A stretch of DNA of 64,000 nucleotides from Octopus bimaculoides (taxonomy: Eukaryota), in NCBI RefSeq assembly GCF_001194135.2, contig NC_068981.1, positions 49,436,492-49,500,491 on the forward strand, in the 5' to 3' direction. Both the position numbers and the translations under genes were made by a program. Under the pieces are notes generated by a model. The model was not told the origin of the DNA. It worked only from the letters and a program-made list of their open reading frames with translations, and did not search any database. Positions 38,214 through 52,900 of this stretch are shown here, piece after piece (within the stretch, counting starts at the first letter, position 1; each line of letters begins with the position of its first letter).

Positions 38214-39758
38214 TTAAATCGCAGCCTTGGTTTCTGTCAGGGTCTCTTTCCGTTCACAAGTTCCCCATATATCATCTGCTTAGGGATCCTGCTATCCTTC
38301 TTTCTAATAAGGTGTCCAGTCGTATGTAACTGGTGCTTGTGCACCATCGCTCCAATGCTCAAGATATGTGCTGTCCTCAGGACCTGTTTGTCTAGAGTTT
38401 TTAAGGCCTAGCCAAGATTCAGAATATATTTATACACGTAAATGCATACCTATTGATCTTTCTTTCCATTTTTGTTTTCCAGATTGCTGAAATAAGAACC
38501 ATTATAAGAGTTTAATCGCGTGAGTCATCAAAAAGACCAAATTGAAAACTAATACTACGTGATCAACTCGTGAGCTGCAAATAATCTGTTCCTGAGTATA
38601 ATTTATTTTGAAGAAATAACGCACATAACAATTTTGTCAAAGGGAATTGACTTTCTGCATTCCAATATATATTTTCACGGATATTTGCAATGTGTTTTAT
38701 TGAAAACCTATTTAAAATTCCTTATTATAAAGATTATATAATCCTATGACAATCAACACACGTTGGTCTCTGGAGAGTTCAACGCTAGTGTGGTGAAAGA
38801 ATTAAGGTTGTGTCCAAAAGGCAAGGTAAGGAATAACGCTTTTTTTTCGATTTGTCTTAGTGACTATTAAATGAGTTTACCATAACTTGTGCTAATTTTC
38901 ATTATATATATATTAGTCTGAACTGCAATTGACACATGCTTAACTTTTAGGCATTGTCTGACAGGTAGAGCGTTTGAAAATGTCGTACTTTATAATATAT
39001 GGCTACCTGTTAGTTTACCCATTAATTTTCATATTACATACATTAAACATATACATATGCAGATGAGAAATAAAGACTGATGGAGAAAAAGAGAGAGGGC
39101 AGAGTGAAAGAAAGAGACAGACTTATATATATATATATATATATATATNNNNNNNNNNNNNNNNNNNNNNNNNNNNNNNNNNNNNNNNNNNNNNNNNNNN
39201 NNNNNNNNNNNNNNNNNNNNNNNNNNNNNNNNNNNNNNNNNNNNNNNNNNNNNNNNNNNNNNNNNNNNNNNNNNNNNNNNNNNNNNNNNNNNNNNNNNNN
39301 NNNNNNNNNNNNNNNNNNNNNNNNNNNNNNNNNNNNNNNNNNNNNNNNNNNNNNNNNNNNNNNNNNNNNNNNNNNNNNNNNNNNNNNNNNNNNNNNNNNN
39401 NNNNNNNNNNNNNNNNNNNNNNNNNNNNNNNNNNNNNNNNNNNNNNNNNNNNNNNNNNNNNNNNNNNNNNNNNNNNNNNCTTATACCGGAAGAAATCCCT
39501 AATTACCTCCCCCTATCTAGAACTCTTCTTTTCAGACTGGAGCGAACACATGTTACGATGAAGTAGAGAAATTTGAAAAGACAACACGAAACCGGTTATT
39601 TCTCCAAATACAATGTTTATATACCCAAAAAATGTTATAACATTTTTCTGACATAATTTAGATATATACTTTAACCATGTAACACAAGCCTTCTGTAGTT
39701 TTTTCACTCTTATTATCTTTTATACATCCAACCACGTGCTTTCACATACCAACTTTCT

Positions 39759-39797
<39 letters not shown>

Positions 39798-40002
39798 GTA
39801 CATTTTTTACAGAAGCATACATAAATATGTATTTATTTGAATGCAAGTACGTATATGTATGTATATATATATATAAATTTGTTTTTCCAATTTAAATATA
39901 GCATAAAACCTTTATAAGAATTCATCAAGTAGTTAGCCTGAAAAAACTCATAAGGGAAAAATGTTATTAATTATACCCTATGAATATATTTATTTATATT
40001 AA

Positions 40003-40130
40003 GGGCATTACTATGCATAGAATCCACAGGCTAGGAGGGATTCTTAGAGAGAAAAAAACTACCATAATAAAAACATTTTACTGAACGCGAGGGAATGCAA
40101 CTCTCGGAGCGAGCATCCTAAAATCAGAGT
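40003..40130. mobile_element. Truncated copy of the 40497-40666 MITE with the core in the opposite orientation
   Basis: gggcattactat...ctaggaggga arm, followed by the reverse complement of the 40546-40617 core. Confidence 0.7.
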
Positions 40131-40496
40131 CAGCGGTATATTATATGATTTCGTAATCAGTCCACAAATGCACTCTTTACTCGCAGTACACGTATAGTCA
40201 AGACATATAAAAATAAACAAAAATCAACATGCCAGACGAACACCACATGTATCCAGCATAGTACATAGAAACTGTTTATATCAATATATCTATGTAAGAG
40301 GCGGGCTTTTTGAATTGCATCTCGGTACACGTGTTTGTTCAGAATAAAATTCAGCACTGAATATATTCTGGTTAAATTTCCAATTTAAATATAGGATAAA
40401 CTCTTTATAATAATTTATCAAGTAGTTAGCGTAAATAAGACCTCATAATGGAAAAAATTATTAATTATTTCCTCTAAATATATATATTTATACTCA

Positions 40497-40666
40497 GGGC
40501 ATTACTATACATAGTTGCCTCACACTAGGAGGGACTCTTAAAGTCTGATTTTACGAGGCTCGCTTCGAGAGATGCATTCCCTCGCGTTCGGTAAAATGTG
40601 TTTATTATGGTAGTTTTGACTTTAACAGTCCCTCCTAGCGTGAGGCATCTACGTATAGTAATGCCC
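40497..40666. mobile_element. 170 bp MITE with ~49 bp TIRs (GGGC termini in a TAA/TTA context, Harbinger-like)
   Basis: Left arm gggcattactatacatagttgcctcacactaggagggactcttaaagtc pairs with right arm gactttaacagtccctcctagcgtgaggcatctacgtatagtaatgccc. The superfamily assignment is inference. Confidence 0.75.
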
Positions 40667-40689
40667 TTAATATAAATAAATAAATGTAT

Positions 40690-42395
40690 ATATATATATT
40701 TATTATTGAGATCCTACTTCTGATATGCGGCATTTGGTAAATAATGGTGTTTGATGTCGCTACCCTCATTTGCAACTCTTGCCGCGAGGTAGGTTCATCT
40801 GGGACTCCCGACAGGAAGAGGTCCAGTTTTGAAATGAAAACACCTATGTCCACTTTTTGCAGATCCCACTGGTTCTTTGGGAGAATAATCTAAAGCTGTT
40901 GGCCCCTCAACCCTAGGCTGTTGCAATAACTGGCCTGGAAGCGCGATGGCATTGCTCAGATCTTTGGCACAGTGCAGTGTCGATCCGTTCTGACACTGGC
41001 GTAGCTTTCAATGTCAAAATTTGGCACCATTCCTTCCAGGATCTTCCAGATGTGTATTACTGTACACTTCTCCCACCTTCGCTCCAGAGAGTAGATTTTT
41101 AGCCGTTTCAGCCTTTCCCAGTAGCTGAGCTGTTGCAACGAGACGATCTTCTTTGTGAAGCTTCGCTGGATTGCTTCAAGGTCCGCTGTTAATTTTACAC
41201 TGTTGGGTGACCATATTTGGGAGCAGTAGTCCAGGCAGCTGAAGAAGAATGTCTTTCAGAGGACCATCATGGTTTTTTCTCTCTGGTCCTGAACATTCCC
41301 AGAATCCTTCCAGGCATTCGTCTGCACTGTGTAGCCATCCTGGTAATGTGCTCTTGGTAAAAAGGTACCATCAGTCAAGTCGATACCCAGGTCCCTCATT
41401 GACTTGAGCTCTGGGAATGTAATCGCCTGTGGATCAGTGTACCCTGTAAGTTTCATATTCAGTTTTGGGTGCTAGTAGTGCAGGGCTTGGAATTTTTCAG
41501 CATTAAAGGGCAGATTATTGTCCTCAGCTATGTACAAATTGAGTCCAACTCCTGCTGCAGGCGTGCAACATCGCTGGGGTTCTGTATTTTCTGCGAGACT
41601 TTTGTATCGTCTGTGTAGCTACCAAGGGTGGCTATCCCGGCATATCTGAGAGGCATATCTGAGAAGCAGTGGTCCCAAATAGTACCCTGTGGAACACCGC
41701 TCACTATTTTCTTTTCTTTCAGGTGGCTCTATTGGCCACTACTGCCTGACTTCTATCGCTCAGAAAGTCATGTAACCACTCTCCAAGTTTCCCAGCTGTT
41801 CCAAGATCACGCAGTTTCTGGCATATCCTACCACTTTATCAAAAGCGTCTGCAAAGACAAAGCATATTACGTTCACATTTGAGTTGTTGAGAAACTGCCT
41901 CAACACCCCTTCATAGTGCTGTAAGAGCTGGGCCAGGCAGCTCCTTTCTGGTTGAATGCTACGCTAGGTATCATTCAGGAAAGTTTTTCTTCAAGGAATG
42001 CGATTAGTTTTCCTCTAACTATCCATTCCATGTTTTGCTGATGTGTGATGTTAGAGATATAGTCCGATAGTTTTTGGCATTTGCACTGTTTCCTCCGTTA
42101 TGAATTCAGAATAATATTCCTTCCTTCAGCTTCCTTGGAAGCCTGCCATTTTAAAGAAAGCTCTGGAGAGAATCTGTAGAGGATCACTGGGAAACCATCG
42201 GGACCAGCATTTGAGTTTGCTTTCACCTCATCTATGGCTAGTGGTATATCTTCTTCACTAATGTCGATGTAATCTATCGTAACTGCCTCGCTGGTTATAG
42301 GTGAAGCGGTAAAGAAATCCACTGGTTCGTTCACTTGTCTGTGTTTCAACGGGGTGGTAAAGACAATTTTGAAGTGGTCATTCAGTACTTCACTA
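40690..42395 (-). mobile_element. CR1-clade LINE, RT and 3' half, inactivated
   Basis: Minus frames: LNDHFKIVFT, KANSNAGPDGFP, SGVPQGT, YTDDTK (for YADDTK), KSMRDLGI, YCSQIWSP, LSYWERLKRLKIYSLERR, FISKLDLFLSGVPDEP. A caataataa tail lies near 40700. Confidence 0.9.
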
Positions 42396-42521
42396 TTCTT
42401 TTACTTGTTTCATTCATGTGGGTGTGGCCATGATAGGAGCACCACCTTAATATATATGTGTCTGTGTTTGTGTGTATATGCATACATATATACAGGTCAC
42501 GTTGGGACAAGTATAACTCAT

Positions 42522-43005
<484 letters not shown>

Positions 43006-43143
43006 TAGTGCAGAATTCCCAAACAATAACCCTCTCCTCGAGTGGGCTATGTATACCTTCTTGATTTGAACGACTTTGCCATGTGGTGCTATTAAGTTAG
43101 ACATGGCCTGGGCCAGTACCGGCCGAAACCTATCAAAGTATCA

Positions 43144-43189
<46 letters not shown>

Positions 43190-44400
43190 GTGCGTGTGTG
43201 TAGTCTCATATTCCGTTTGTTTCCTTCAGTGATTACTGAAACACAGCCAATAATGCCATTGCAACAATACTGGCTTCTTTGTTTCGCTGTATAATAACAT
43301 ACGTTGAAAACATTTGTGGCAGCATGATTTAGAGCGAAGTATGCCTGAAGAATTGTGATTTTTGTATCACTTTTCACGTGGAGATTGAATGGTATTTAAT
43401 ATCTTCATAAACTTGAGTTATATTACATTTTAACCTTCAAACACGTCATTCTATAAGTAAATTGCAATAATTTTCGAAACAGCAATATTTTCTGAATGAC
43501 CAATATTTATTTATTCGCGAAAGCACTGCTATAAAATATGTAAGCGCATATGATTAATCCACTGTGTAATACTCATTGATAGTTCTCAATTGCTAGTATT
43601 TCGACGATGCTCTCAGAAAAGAATATATCAACATTTCATCTACTTCCTTTACATTTTCTGAAGTATGCTTTCAAATAATGTCTCTTATAATTGTGTTACG
43701 ATGTCGCAAATGACATAATCTTAGTGCCATTAATAAGATTTAAATGTCGCCCGCATCATATTTCTCATTCTTACGACATCGAAAACACATCAGACTGTAT
43801 GTACTTGAAGATAAGTGCAATATAAGTTGTCTATAAGTAAGTATGATATTTAGATTTACTTTCCTTTTTATAGCAAACGTAAAGATAATAAACTTACAAA
43901 GGTAGTTTTAAAATCATACGCTCAAATTTACTTTCATGTCATGCAGCCCCATATGCTCTTTAAATATGTAGATATATATTACAAAATATTTAAAAATGCA
44001 TTATGGAAGATTCTAGAGAACCATTCAAAACGCACATTCATAATTGCACAATTTTTATTTCTTCATATTATTATACTGCATAGATTGTCACAAGATTTAG
44101 CCAAATATGTATTTGTATATGCAAGCTATGATGTAGAAAATCGGCGAAATGCTTGCAGGAATTCTAACAAACAATAGTGTAAAGAAAATAAAAATAAACG
44201 ATTCCATTGGTATACGCGTGGCTTAGATACTTATTCTATGAATTCATCTCGAATTACAAGACTCTACGCTTTCCGTTGTAAGCGCTTTTTTTGCACCCTA
44301 ATGCATGTATATATATATACATAAATACAAACATATTTACACACGCGCGCGNNNNNNNNNNTATAGATAGATATATATACACATATATATATATATACAC

Positions 44401-44438
<38 letters not shown>

Positions 44439-44519
44439 ATGCATGCATACATACGTATATATATATATACATAAATACAAACATATTTACACACGCGCGC
44501 GCACACACAGACACACCCT

Positions 44520-44551
<32 letters not shown>

Positions 44552-44788
44552 GAGAGAGAGAGAAAGACAAGTACCAATATTTCATATAGTAGGCTAGTTT
44601 ATTTATTGAGAGATCTCTCACTACATGAAACCTGTGGTAACCTTGTTCATCCGCAACAAAAGTATATTTATCTGTCAATGCAGTGCTTAGTACACATTCT
44701 CAATGTTCGATATTAACATACACGTATATCTATGTGTTTGTGCGCGCGCGTATGTGAATGTATGAGTGTGGGTGTATGTGTCTGTTTG

Positions 44789-44821
<33 letters not shown>

Positions 44822-46735
44822 GTGTGTGTGTGTACATGCATATATAATAAGTGCAGCATATGTACTGCGCTACCACAGTTTTTCATTATGGTTTAATGCG
44901 AAAACAATTCAGTCTTGTTATATGGAAGCAACACGGTATGTGCTTAAAGATAATGTTTGTAAATGAATGCTAGCAGTTATTATGGAATACGTCCCTATAA
45001 GCTGAGTGCCAGATCAAACTAGATAGTACATGAAACGAGAGATGAAACACAGAAAATGATAACCATTCCGTGTTGAGCAAAATAATGGAAATATATTTAG
45101 GAAAAGAACACCGGAACAAACTCTTCAAGACAAATATCTTATTCACAGAGATAATAGTTGCATTATCTTAGTCCAGGACACCACATATTTATTTTAACAA
45201 ACATAAAGTATTATTTTGTTATATAGAAAATAAAAATATATTTTGAAATATTGTCAGTGCTTTTGTGGAAAAGTAAGCATTTAATAAACATTTCTTTCTA
45301 TTAATAAATAATACTAATTTTATTAAGGAATGTATACTTAAGAATATTATTGTTGGATCGTTTTTATCTATTTAAAATGTTGCTATGAACGTATTTGAAA
45401 ATCTAGACATTTAAATCAAATAAACCCCTTACATAAAATCGAAGAATTCGAACGGGTCCTTTTGTTTCTTTGAATGATATTTACAAAAACATTTCTAAAG
45501 AGGTCTTTCCTAATGTTTTTTTTTACGGTCAAAATCTAATTTAGTTATGAAATATTTTATCCATCATGAGATACATCCTATTATTCATACTGAAAGGAAT
45601 CGCATACTGAACTAATTCCATTTATTTGGCTCTAATCTATAATTATGTAAACTATGTGCTGAGTATGCTTGTGTTTTATACACTCCGTTATCCTTTTCTA
45701 AGATCGTTAAAATGTCAATATTATGAACAACCTCTATTCAAGCAGTAAAGATGTTCAGAATTTTCTCACAAAATCAAATTAAAATTGATTTTGCCCTACA
45801 CATTAAGAGATTTCATTCATTTCTCTTATATATATATATTTGTATTACTTCACATGTATTATACTACTTATTAAATTAAAGTATGAACACTAAGAACTAA
45901 ATAATTTTGCTTATTCCCTGTCGGTCAGAAAATTCACACACATAGTAACATTAAGGGAATTGCGCTTAAATATGCATAAAAACATTACTCATTATTGGAT
46001 TCTATGCTATCACTTAATATAGTAAATCTTTTCTTTATGGACAAAGTCTATCAAAACGTTCTTTGAATGAATACTGCATGATAGTTTACAAATTTGTCAC
46101 GAACAGTAAATATCCCGGCGATATAAAACAAGTTAGCATATCATAAGGGATGAATCGGATATTGTGAATTAAATATGGTGATTAATGTAGATGTTTTTTT
46201 CAAAATAAAATACCAAAATATTTTGACTAAATCTATTTCTAATCTATAACAAGGAATCGTATGAGAGCGTTTGTCATTCTTCCCAAATATGGCATAAACG
46301 GCTTGTAAGATGGATTTGTTAAAGTTAATTTCAGAATTTAATTATCAGTTCATTATTTATATCAAATTTCTGAAGTAGCTTCTTAGTATTAGATATTCTT
46401 CACATCAGATGTGACAATATCTAACACATAATGTGCAAATTATGTTACATTATAACACCTATAATTATAAAACAAAGATATCATGTACATAAATATTATG
46501 AGAGAATACATTACATAATCTATTCTGTGAAAAAGAAATGCATTGTCCGTAAATATAAATAAGTAAATAGAAACTCCTACTTTAGTACTGGAGAAAATAT
46601 ACAAAATAACGAACATAAACACGATCACACACACATACATACATACATACATATATATATATATATNNNNNNNNNNNNNNNNNNNNNNNNNNNNNNNNNN
46701 NNNNNNNNNNNNNNNNNNNNNNNNNNNNNNNNNNN

Positions 46736-47718
46736 AATATTCTCAGGAAATCAATATTTAATATTTCTAAAGATATATATCCAATATGACATGGTAATAT
46801 AATAAATTTAAAATTTAAAATATAAATATACGAAATATAAATATAAATATGTATAAAAATATGAATGTAGATAAAGATACATGTGAATATAAATGCGTAT
46901 AAAAATTTCATGCGTAATTAAGTATGAATGTTGTAAAGTCTAAAATATAAAAAAGCCTAAAATTTAAAGAATTACATCTGACGATCGTTTCGCGGTTATT
47001 ACTATAATCACAATGTGATCAAAAGATCAACATACTCTCAGTAACTCCGCTCTTCGGAGATGAATTAAGAACCAATGGTATATATATAATATTAATTAAA
47101 ACATTAGAAATATTAAAAATTAAAAATAATAATAAAGTGTATGCTGTCCTTCCTATAAATTGTAAAATTAATCCTTCTGAAATTTGTAAAGTTCATTCCT
47201 TTCATGCTTTGTTGAAATTCCAAGTGTTAAACACTTTCTTGTATAAAAATTGGTATATTTTTTTCTAAATGTATACAAGACCTCGGTAAAACTCATCCTT
47301 CTGTTGTACGTGTTGGTAATCCTATAAATTCGATCAAAGTTTGAAAATTCATCCAGTGCGAAATTTAATGTTGAAATATTGGTTCTTAATTCATCTCCGA
47401 AGAGCGGAATTACTGATAGTATGTTGATCTTTTGATCACATTGTGATTATAGTAATATACGCGAAACGATCGTCAGATGTAATTCTTTAAATTTTAGGCT
47501 TTTTTATATTTTAGACTTTACAACATTCATACTTAATTACGCATAAAATGTTTATACGCATTTATATTCACATGTATCTTTATCTACATTCATATTTTTA
47601 TACATATTTATATTTATATTTCGTATATTTATATTTTAAATTTTAAATTTATTATATTACCATGTCATATTGGATATATATCTTTAAAAATATTAAATAT
47701 TGATTTCCTGAGAATATT
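46736..47718. repeat. Near-perfect foldback: ~340 bp inverted arms (46736-47076 and 47378-47718) with a ~300 bp spacer
   Basis: The arms are reverse complements with about seven substitutions by eye. The left arm abuts gap 46667-46735. Confidence 0.92.
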
Positions 47719-47849
47719 ATTGATAAGTTTATGAATTTATTAATAATATAAAAACACATATATATATATATATATATTTATTTGCTCAAAAAATAGAGCA
47801 CTCAATATAAGTTCAGTTACATATTCTTTTAGAATATTACTTATAAAAG

Positions 47850-47882
<33 letters not shown>

Positions 47883-47904
47883 TTTGTGTGTGGGTGTGTG
47901 TACA

Positions 47905-48900
47905 TATTGGGTCATTCCAATAATATGGTTTTTTAATACATCTATTGTTTTTCAAAATTAAGATAAATGATTTTTTAAAAATTCTAATATATACTCTCCT
48001 TCATTTTTCTTCAATGCTCTTCCATCTATGTAGTAGAATTGCAATGCCTCACTTCCAAAATGTACTTCTCTTTAACGATACATACTCCTGTAGTACTGTT
48101 CTGACCTCGTCTACAGTATTTACATTTTTTCCTGCCAAATGATTTTGAAGACCGGGGAATAAATGATAATCAGATGGGGAAATGTACGGCACATATTGTG
48201 GGTGGGACATCGTCTCTAACTGATACTGCTCCAGCCTTTGAAATGTCATCCTTGCTGTATGTAGCCGAGCATTATCCTGATGGACGAGTACCTTTCGTTT
48301 TGGAACCAAAGATAGTCGTTTTTCTTCTAGCACTGACTGAAGCCGTTCAAGCTGCACGCAGTAGATCTCTTTGTTGCTGCTTGGTTTGGTTTTAAAAGTT
48401 CAAAGTGGACTAAACCTTTCATATCCCACGAAACAGATAGCAACACATTACGTGGATGAAGGCATTTAATCTGGGGTGCCGATGTTTCTCCTTTCCCTAC
48501 CCACTGTATTCGGCGCTTAACATTTTTACAGAGAACCCACTTATCGTCACCAGTTACTATTCGGTCCAAAAAGGGTTCATTGCTGAAACGTGACAACAAA
48601 GAAGGGCACTCATTTACTCTTTGTGCACGATAAAACTAGCAAAGTTCATGAGAAGCACATTAACCCAATTTGCTTACTTTTCCTCTACAAATTTTCCAGG
48701 ATGAGGCACGTCTTCTAGGCTGCAGTTTCAGGTTTGGAGTTTCTGAAGCCACCGTTGACACTGGCTTACGCATATTGTCCGATCCCTATATACTGCATTC
48801 ATACCCCTCGCGATTTCCGTTGCCTTGTTGCCTTTATTGAACTCAAAGGAATATATCCCGAATATGCCCCTTTGTCACTTCTATAATAGCTTTGCAAAAT
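47905..48900 (-). mobile_element. Mariner remnant, same family as 2137-3386, lacking a recognisable 5' TIR
   Basis: TIR TATTGGGTCATTCCAATAAT at 47905. Minus frames EVTKGHIRDIFL, FLDRIVTGDDKW, HQDNARLH, QYVPYISPSDYHLF. Confidence 0.9.
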
Positions 48901-49280
48901 AACTCTAAAATTCTAACTGTAATATTCAAAATTGAAAGAAATTTGCCGTATATATATGTCTGTATGTCTAAGATGCTGTATTTGCGTGTGTGTGTCGGTT
49001 CATGTGTTTGTGTGTGTCTGAGCGTTTGGATAAGGGGTTGGGGCGTTATATATGTACACACACACACAAACATATATACATATATATAAATTATACATAT
49101 ATATATATATACATATATTCATATATACATAAATATTCATATATAAACACACATATGTATATAGGTATGCACATATGGGTACAGGACTTCACAAAACGCA
49201 AACTACATGAGATAGGACAATAATGTTGGGTACGCGAAGAACGGGAGAAACGAATGGAAAACAAAACAATGTGTGTGTGC

Positions 49281-49451
<171 letters not shown>

Positions 49452-51393
49452 CAGAGTTATATATGTCGGTGTATGTGTGTATTCATATATATGTGCAGGT
49501 GCACACAAGCATGTAGGTGAGTGTGATATTTGCGAGTGCCGTGTGTGTGTTTTTACATACTTTATTCTCTTTAATATAAATGTGTGAATGAAATTAAGTT
49601 TCTTTATGCAATATAGGAACACATTCTTAATAATTACGTAATACGATTACAGCAAAGAAAGCAGAATATTCTTGAATAATCGAAAGTGAACATTGGCAGA
49701 AATGAATTATTTACAAAAGTATTAACAGAGAAAAGAAAATGGCAAACAGTTATTCGTTGTTTGTATTGCGTTTTGGTGATGAGTGAATTTCATTTTAAAT
49801 CTTAATTTTTTTTTTAACTGTTGATTGATTGACACTATGCCTTAATCGCATAAATGCAGAATGTGTCCGCGTAGTCGCATTGCAGCTTAATGTATTTAAT
49901 TCCCTCAATTAATCATATCACTATTTAGACTCTTCGCAAGATTTTCATATTTCAACTTCATTTATCATCTGCGAATTCTGGAAAACAGGAGATTTGTTCA
50001 AGAAAAATTGCAATCTGTCATTCTGATCTGATTAATTTATTGAGCAAAATGATTTGATTCCATCTTAGACTGAAAAATCCTATTCATTTGCATGCTTTTC
50101 AGACAGGTTCAATACTCTATTCATATTAAATATTTTCGTTTCAATTCAGCCAGATAACTCAGGATAATTACAGGTAAATAGTTAGCTGCACAATTTCGGG
50201 TAATTGCCTATAAACTTTTTTCTCTTTATAAGCTTAGGTTGTAGATTTAAGCATTGCAGAAATCTGAATTTGCTTAAGAAAATATTACATTCCACTGTTC
50301 TCCGTTTCATAAAACTATTTTAACATTTAAACCATTCGAAAAATGCTCTTTATATCACTATAATTTAACATATATCTTTGTTATCACTGCGATAGCCAGA
50401 TAGTCAAGATGCATGTTCGGTATAATTATGACAGAATAGTATTTGATAGGTGGAAAATATATGTGCAGAAGTCTGTCGTATTATAGGTATGTCCACCTCC
50501 ATCCCTTTGTGCTTGGTTTTCATTTTATGAGTGCTTGTGTGTATGTATATATATATATATATATGACAGAGAGAGACAGATGGACAGAGAAAGGAGAGAG
50601 GAGATGTTTTTCTTCAAATGAGGAATTGGAAGCAAGATGTTTCTTTCGTTTATGACTCGCCAAATAATATTTCGTTGATAGGTTATTAAGGTTTCAAGAT
50701 TTTCGGGTTTTCTTTTCAATATGTTTTTTTTTTCTTATAGGAATTACCCCTAGATTTAAAATATTCAAAGCTATGATTATTTTTGAACGATTTCGCATAA
50801 TTTCGTATAATTAATTACCAAATGTGTATCAACGGCAAAATATTTTAGGTAATGAAAAGTATACCAGCAATGCTGGTTTGAAGCGAGCGAAAGAAGTGTG
50901 ACACGCATTTGAGCATTAAATGCGGCTGTCTAGCAATGATGGATAGTTAAATTTTAACACGAAATACGATAAGTGTGTACAAAATGCAATTGCATACATT
51001 GAATATATATATTTATTTATTTATGGGTTTCAGCCAAGTGGCTGCGGTCATGCTGGAGCACCATATATACACATATATATAAACTCGTAATTATATATAC
51101 GCATTCACACATTCGGTATACGATGTCACATAATTACGCAGACTGATAATATACATACGCTTATCAATAAATGTGTGTGTGTGTGTTTGTTTGTGCACGC
51201 GCGCGTGTTTAGAAAGATAAATAGCGATAGAAATGGAAGCATAGAAGCGTAAAATTCTTTTAAGGCCTGGAACTTACTTTTCTTATGTTTTACCGAACTG
51301 CTAAGCAACAGAAACATTAAAGCGCTAACACCGGTCAAGTGGAAGTAGGTTAGAGACACTAGCACGTGCACCCTCCCCCATATATATATATAT

Positions 51394-51449
<56 letters not shown>

Positions 51450-52149
51450 ATAGATAAAACTTACTTGGAGGCAATGCGTGGCGTTCGATCATATAATAAC
51501 ATGAAAAATATATAATTATATGCATTTATCCATGCATATATGTACATACCGACATCTATATGTATACATACATGCATATATGAGTACAGTACATCACAAA
51601 AAAACGTTAAGTGCAATGAGAAACGAAAATATTAAGACGAAGAAACAAAACGAACTTTTTTTTCGAACAACGAAAAAAAACAACCAGAGAAACGAGACAT
51701 GCAGCATAAAGAATATAATCCTTCTTCAGTTGTCCCTGCTGCATCTAATCCGCGTTTCGAAGGCAAGGACAATACGTCACTTCGTTGGAGCAGTTCTTCC
51801 CGCAAGCAAATTAATTAAAATCTGGACATTTTTGTGGAGGGTGAAAGTGTAAACAAGAACAGGACAGTGAGAACAAGACAGTAAAAACAAAAGAGAACAG
51901 TGAGAACAAACGGTAAGGACTGCTAGGCCAAGACGATAGAACAATTATTTCGAACGCTAGTTAGAGAGAGAGAAAAATTGCGTCTTCTCTATAGGAAGGC
52001 AGGAAATAAAAAGAAAGAATCCCGTGTCAGCGACGAGAGGGTCAAGGAGGAGGAGTGAGAGAAGGAATGGTGAAAGGAAGAGAAGAATCGGGGAGGGTTG
52101 AGAGAGAAAAACAGAAAGGATGAAGAACAAATACATGTATTCACACACA

Positions 52150-52265
52150 CATGATGTGTTCTTTCAACTTTCGTGTGCGAGATTCACTCAAAAGGCTTTT
52201 GTCGGTCAGAAGTGCCACGGTGTTGGACTCCACCCAAGACCTTGTAGTTGGAAATAAACTTTTTA
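52150..52265 (-). mobile_element. SINE family A, degenerate 5' fragment
   Basis: ttcactcaaaaggcttttgtcggtc...gtgccacggtgttggact is the reverse complement of the family A head and core. Confidence 0.5.
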
Positions 52266-52339
52266 CTGAGTGAACCCTGTATTCCACTAGTCTCTCTCGT
52301 CTACACGAGTCTTGAACCTTTGAAAATCTACGTCAAGCC

Positions 52340-52900
52340 ATATTAAAATGGAAAATTTCATGTAATATCGCAGGAAGGATAAGACCTAAAATCCATGTAT
52401 CGGTGAAATATGTCCGTGATTTTCCATTAGGGAACGGTTGTAATTCTTTCATTTTCCTTGGCAACCAAATTGCCCCCAAAAGGAAATTACCAGTCACTCA
52501 TTACCATATTTAAATGGATTGGTTCATAAATGTTATTTATTCATTTCATGAATCCTGTAAGCGCTTTCTTGTTTCTACAAAATACGAAGCAGTTCCCAGG
52601 AATCTTTTCCAGTTTTCCTTTAAATTGGATTGAATCTGTAGACCAACTTAATCCCCGGCTGGTCATACATATTTTATGCAAGGGATCCCAGCGCTAGAGT
52701 AGCAAAAATGGGTGTAACTTATATGCGCATTACCGACTTTTATTTTGTAGCTATAATTTGAAGGAAGTGGTTTTATTTTATCCAAACCGCAATCCGTCCA
52801 ATCTTCATCCTCTGGGGAAGAGTTTCACAATTTTCTGTGGTTATTTGTAAAACCAGAATTCTACACATTCCAAACTAAATCCATGTGTGATAATTATGAA
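52340..52900 (+). mobile_element. Highly decayed PLE RT remnant
   Basis: Weak motifs RPKIHV (for LPKIHK), YFMQR...AKMGVTY (for YxQxxGTAMGTKMAPTY) and FILWG, in broken frames. Confidence 0.3.

Noticed and set aside
43060-43140. GGCC...GGCCGAAAC as a hammerhead
   Set aside because: No CUGANGA in register and no GUH triplet.
44290-44510. Direct duplication around a 10-N gap
   Set aside because: Near-identical flanks on both sides of a minimal gap suggest an unmerged contig or haplotype overlap.
51715-51800. Minus-strand GAAACGCG and CTGAAGA as a type II or type I hammerhead
   Set aside because: No GUH cleavage triplet, the upstream core is degenerate (CCAACGA), and the stems are not in register.
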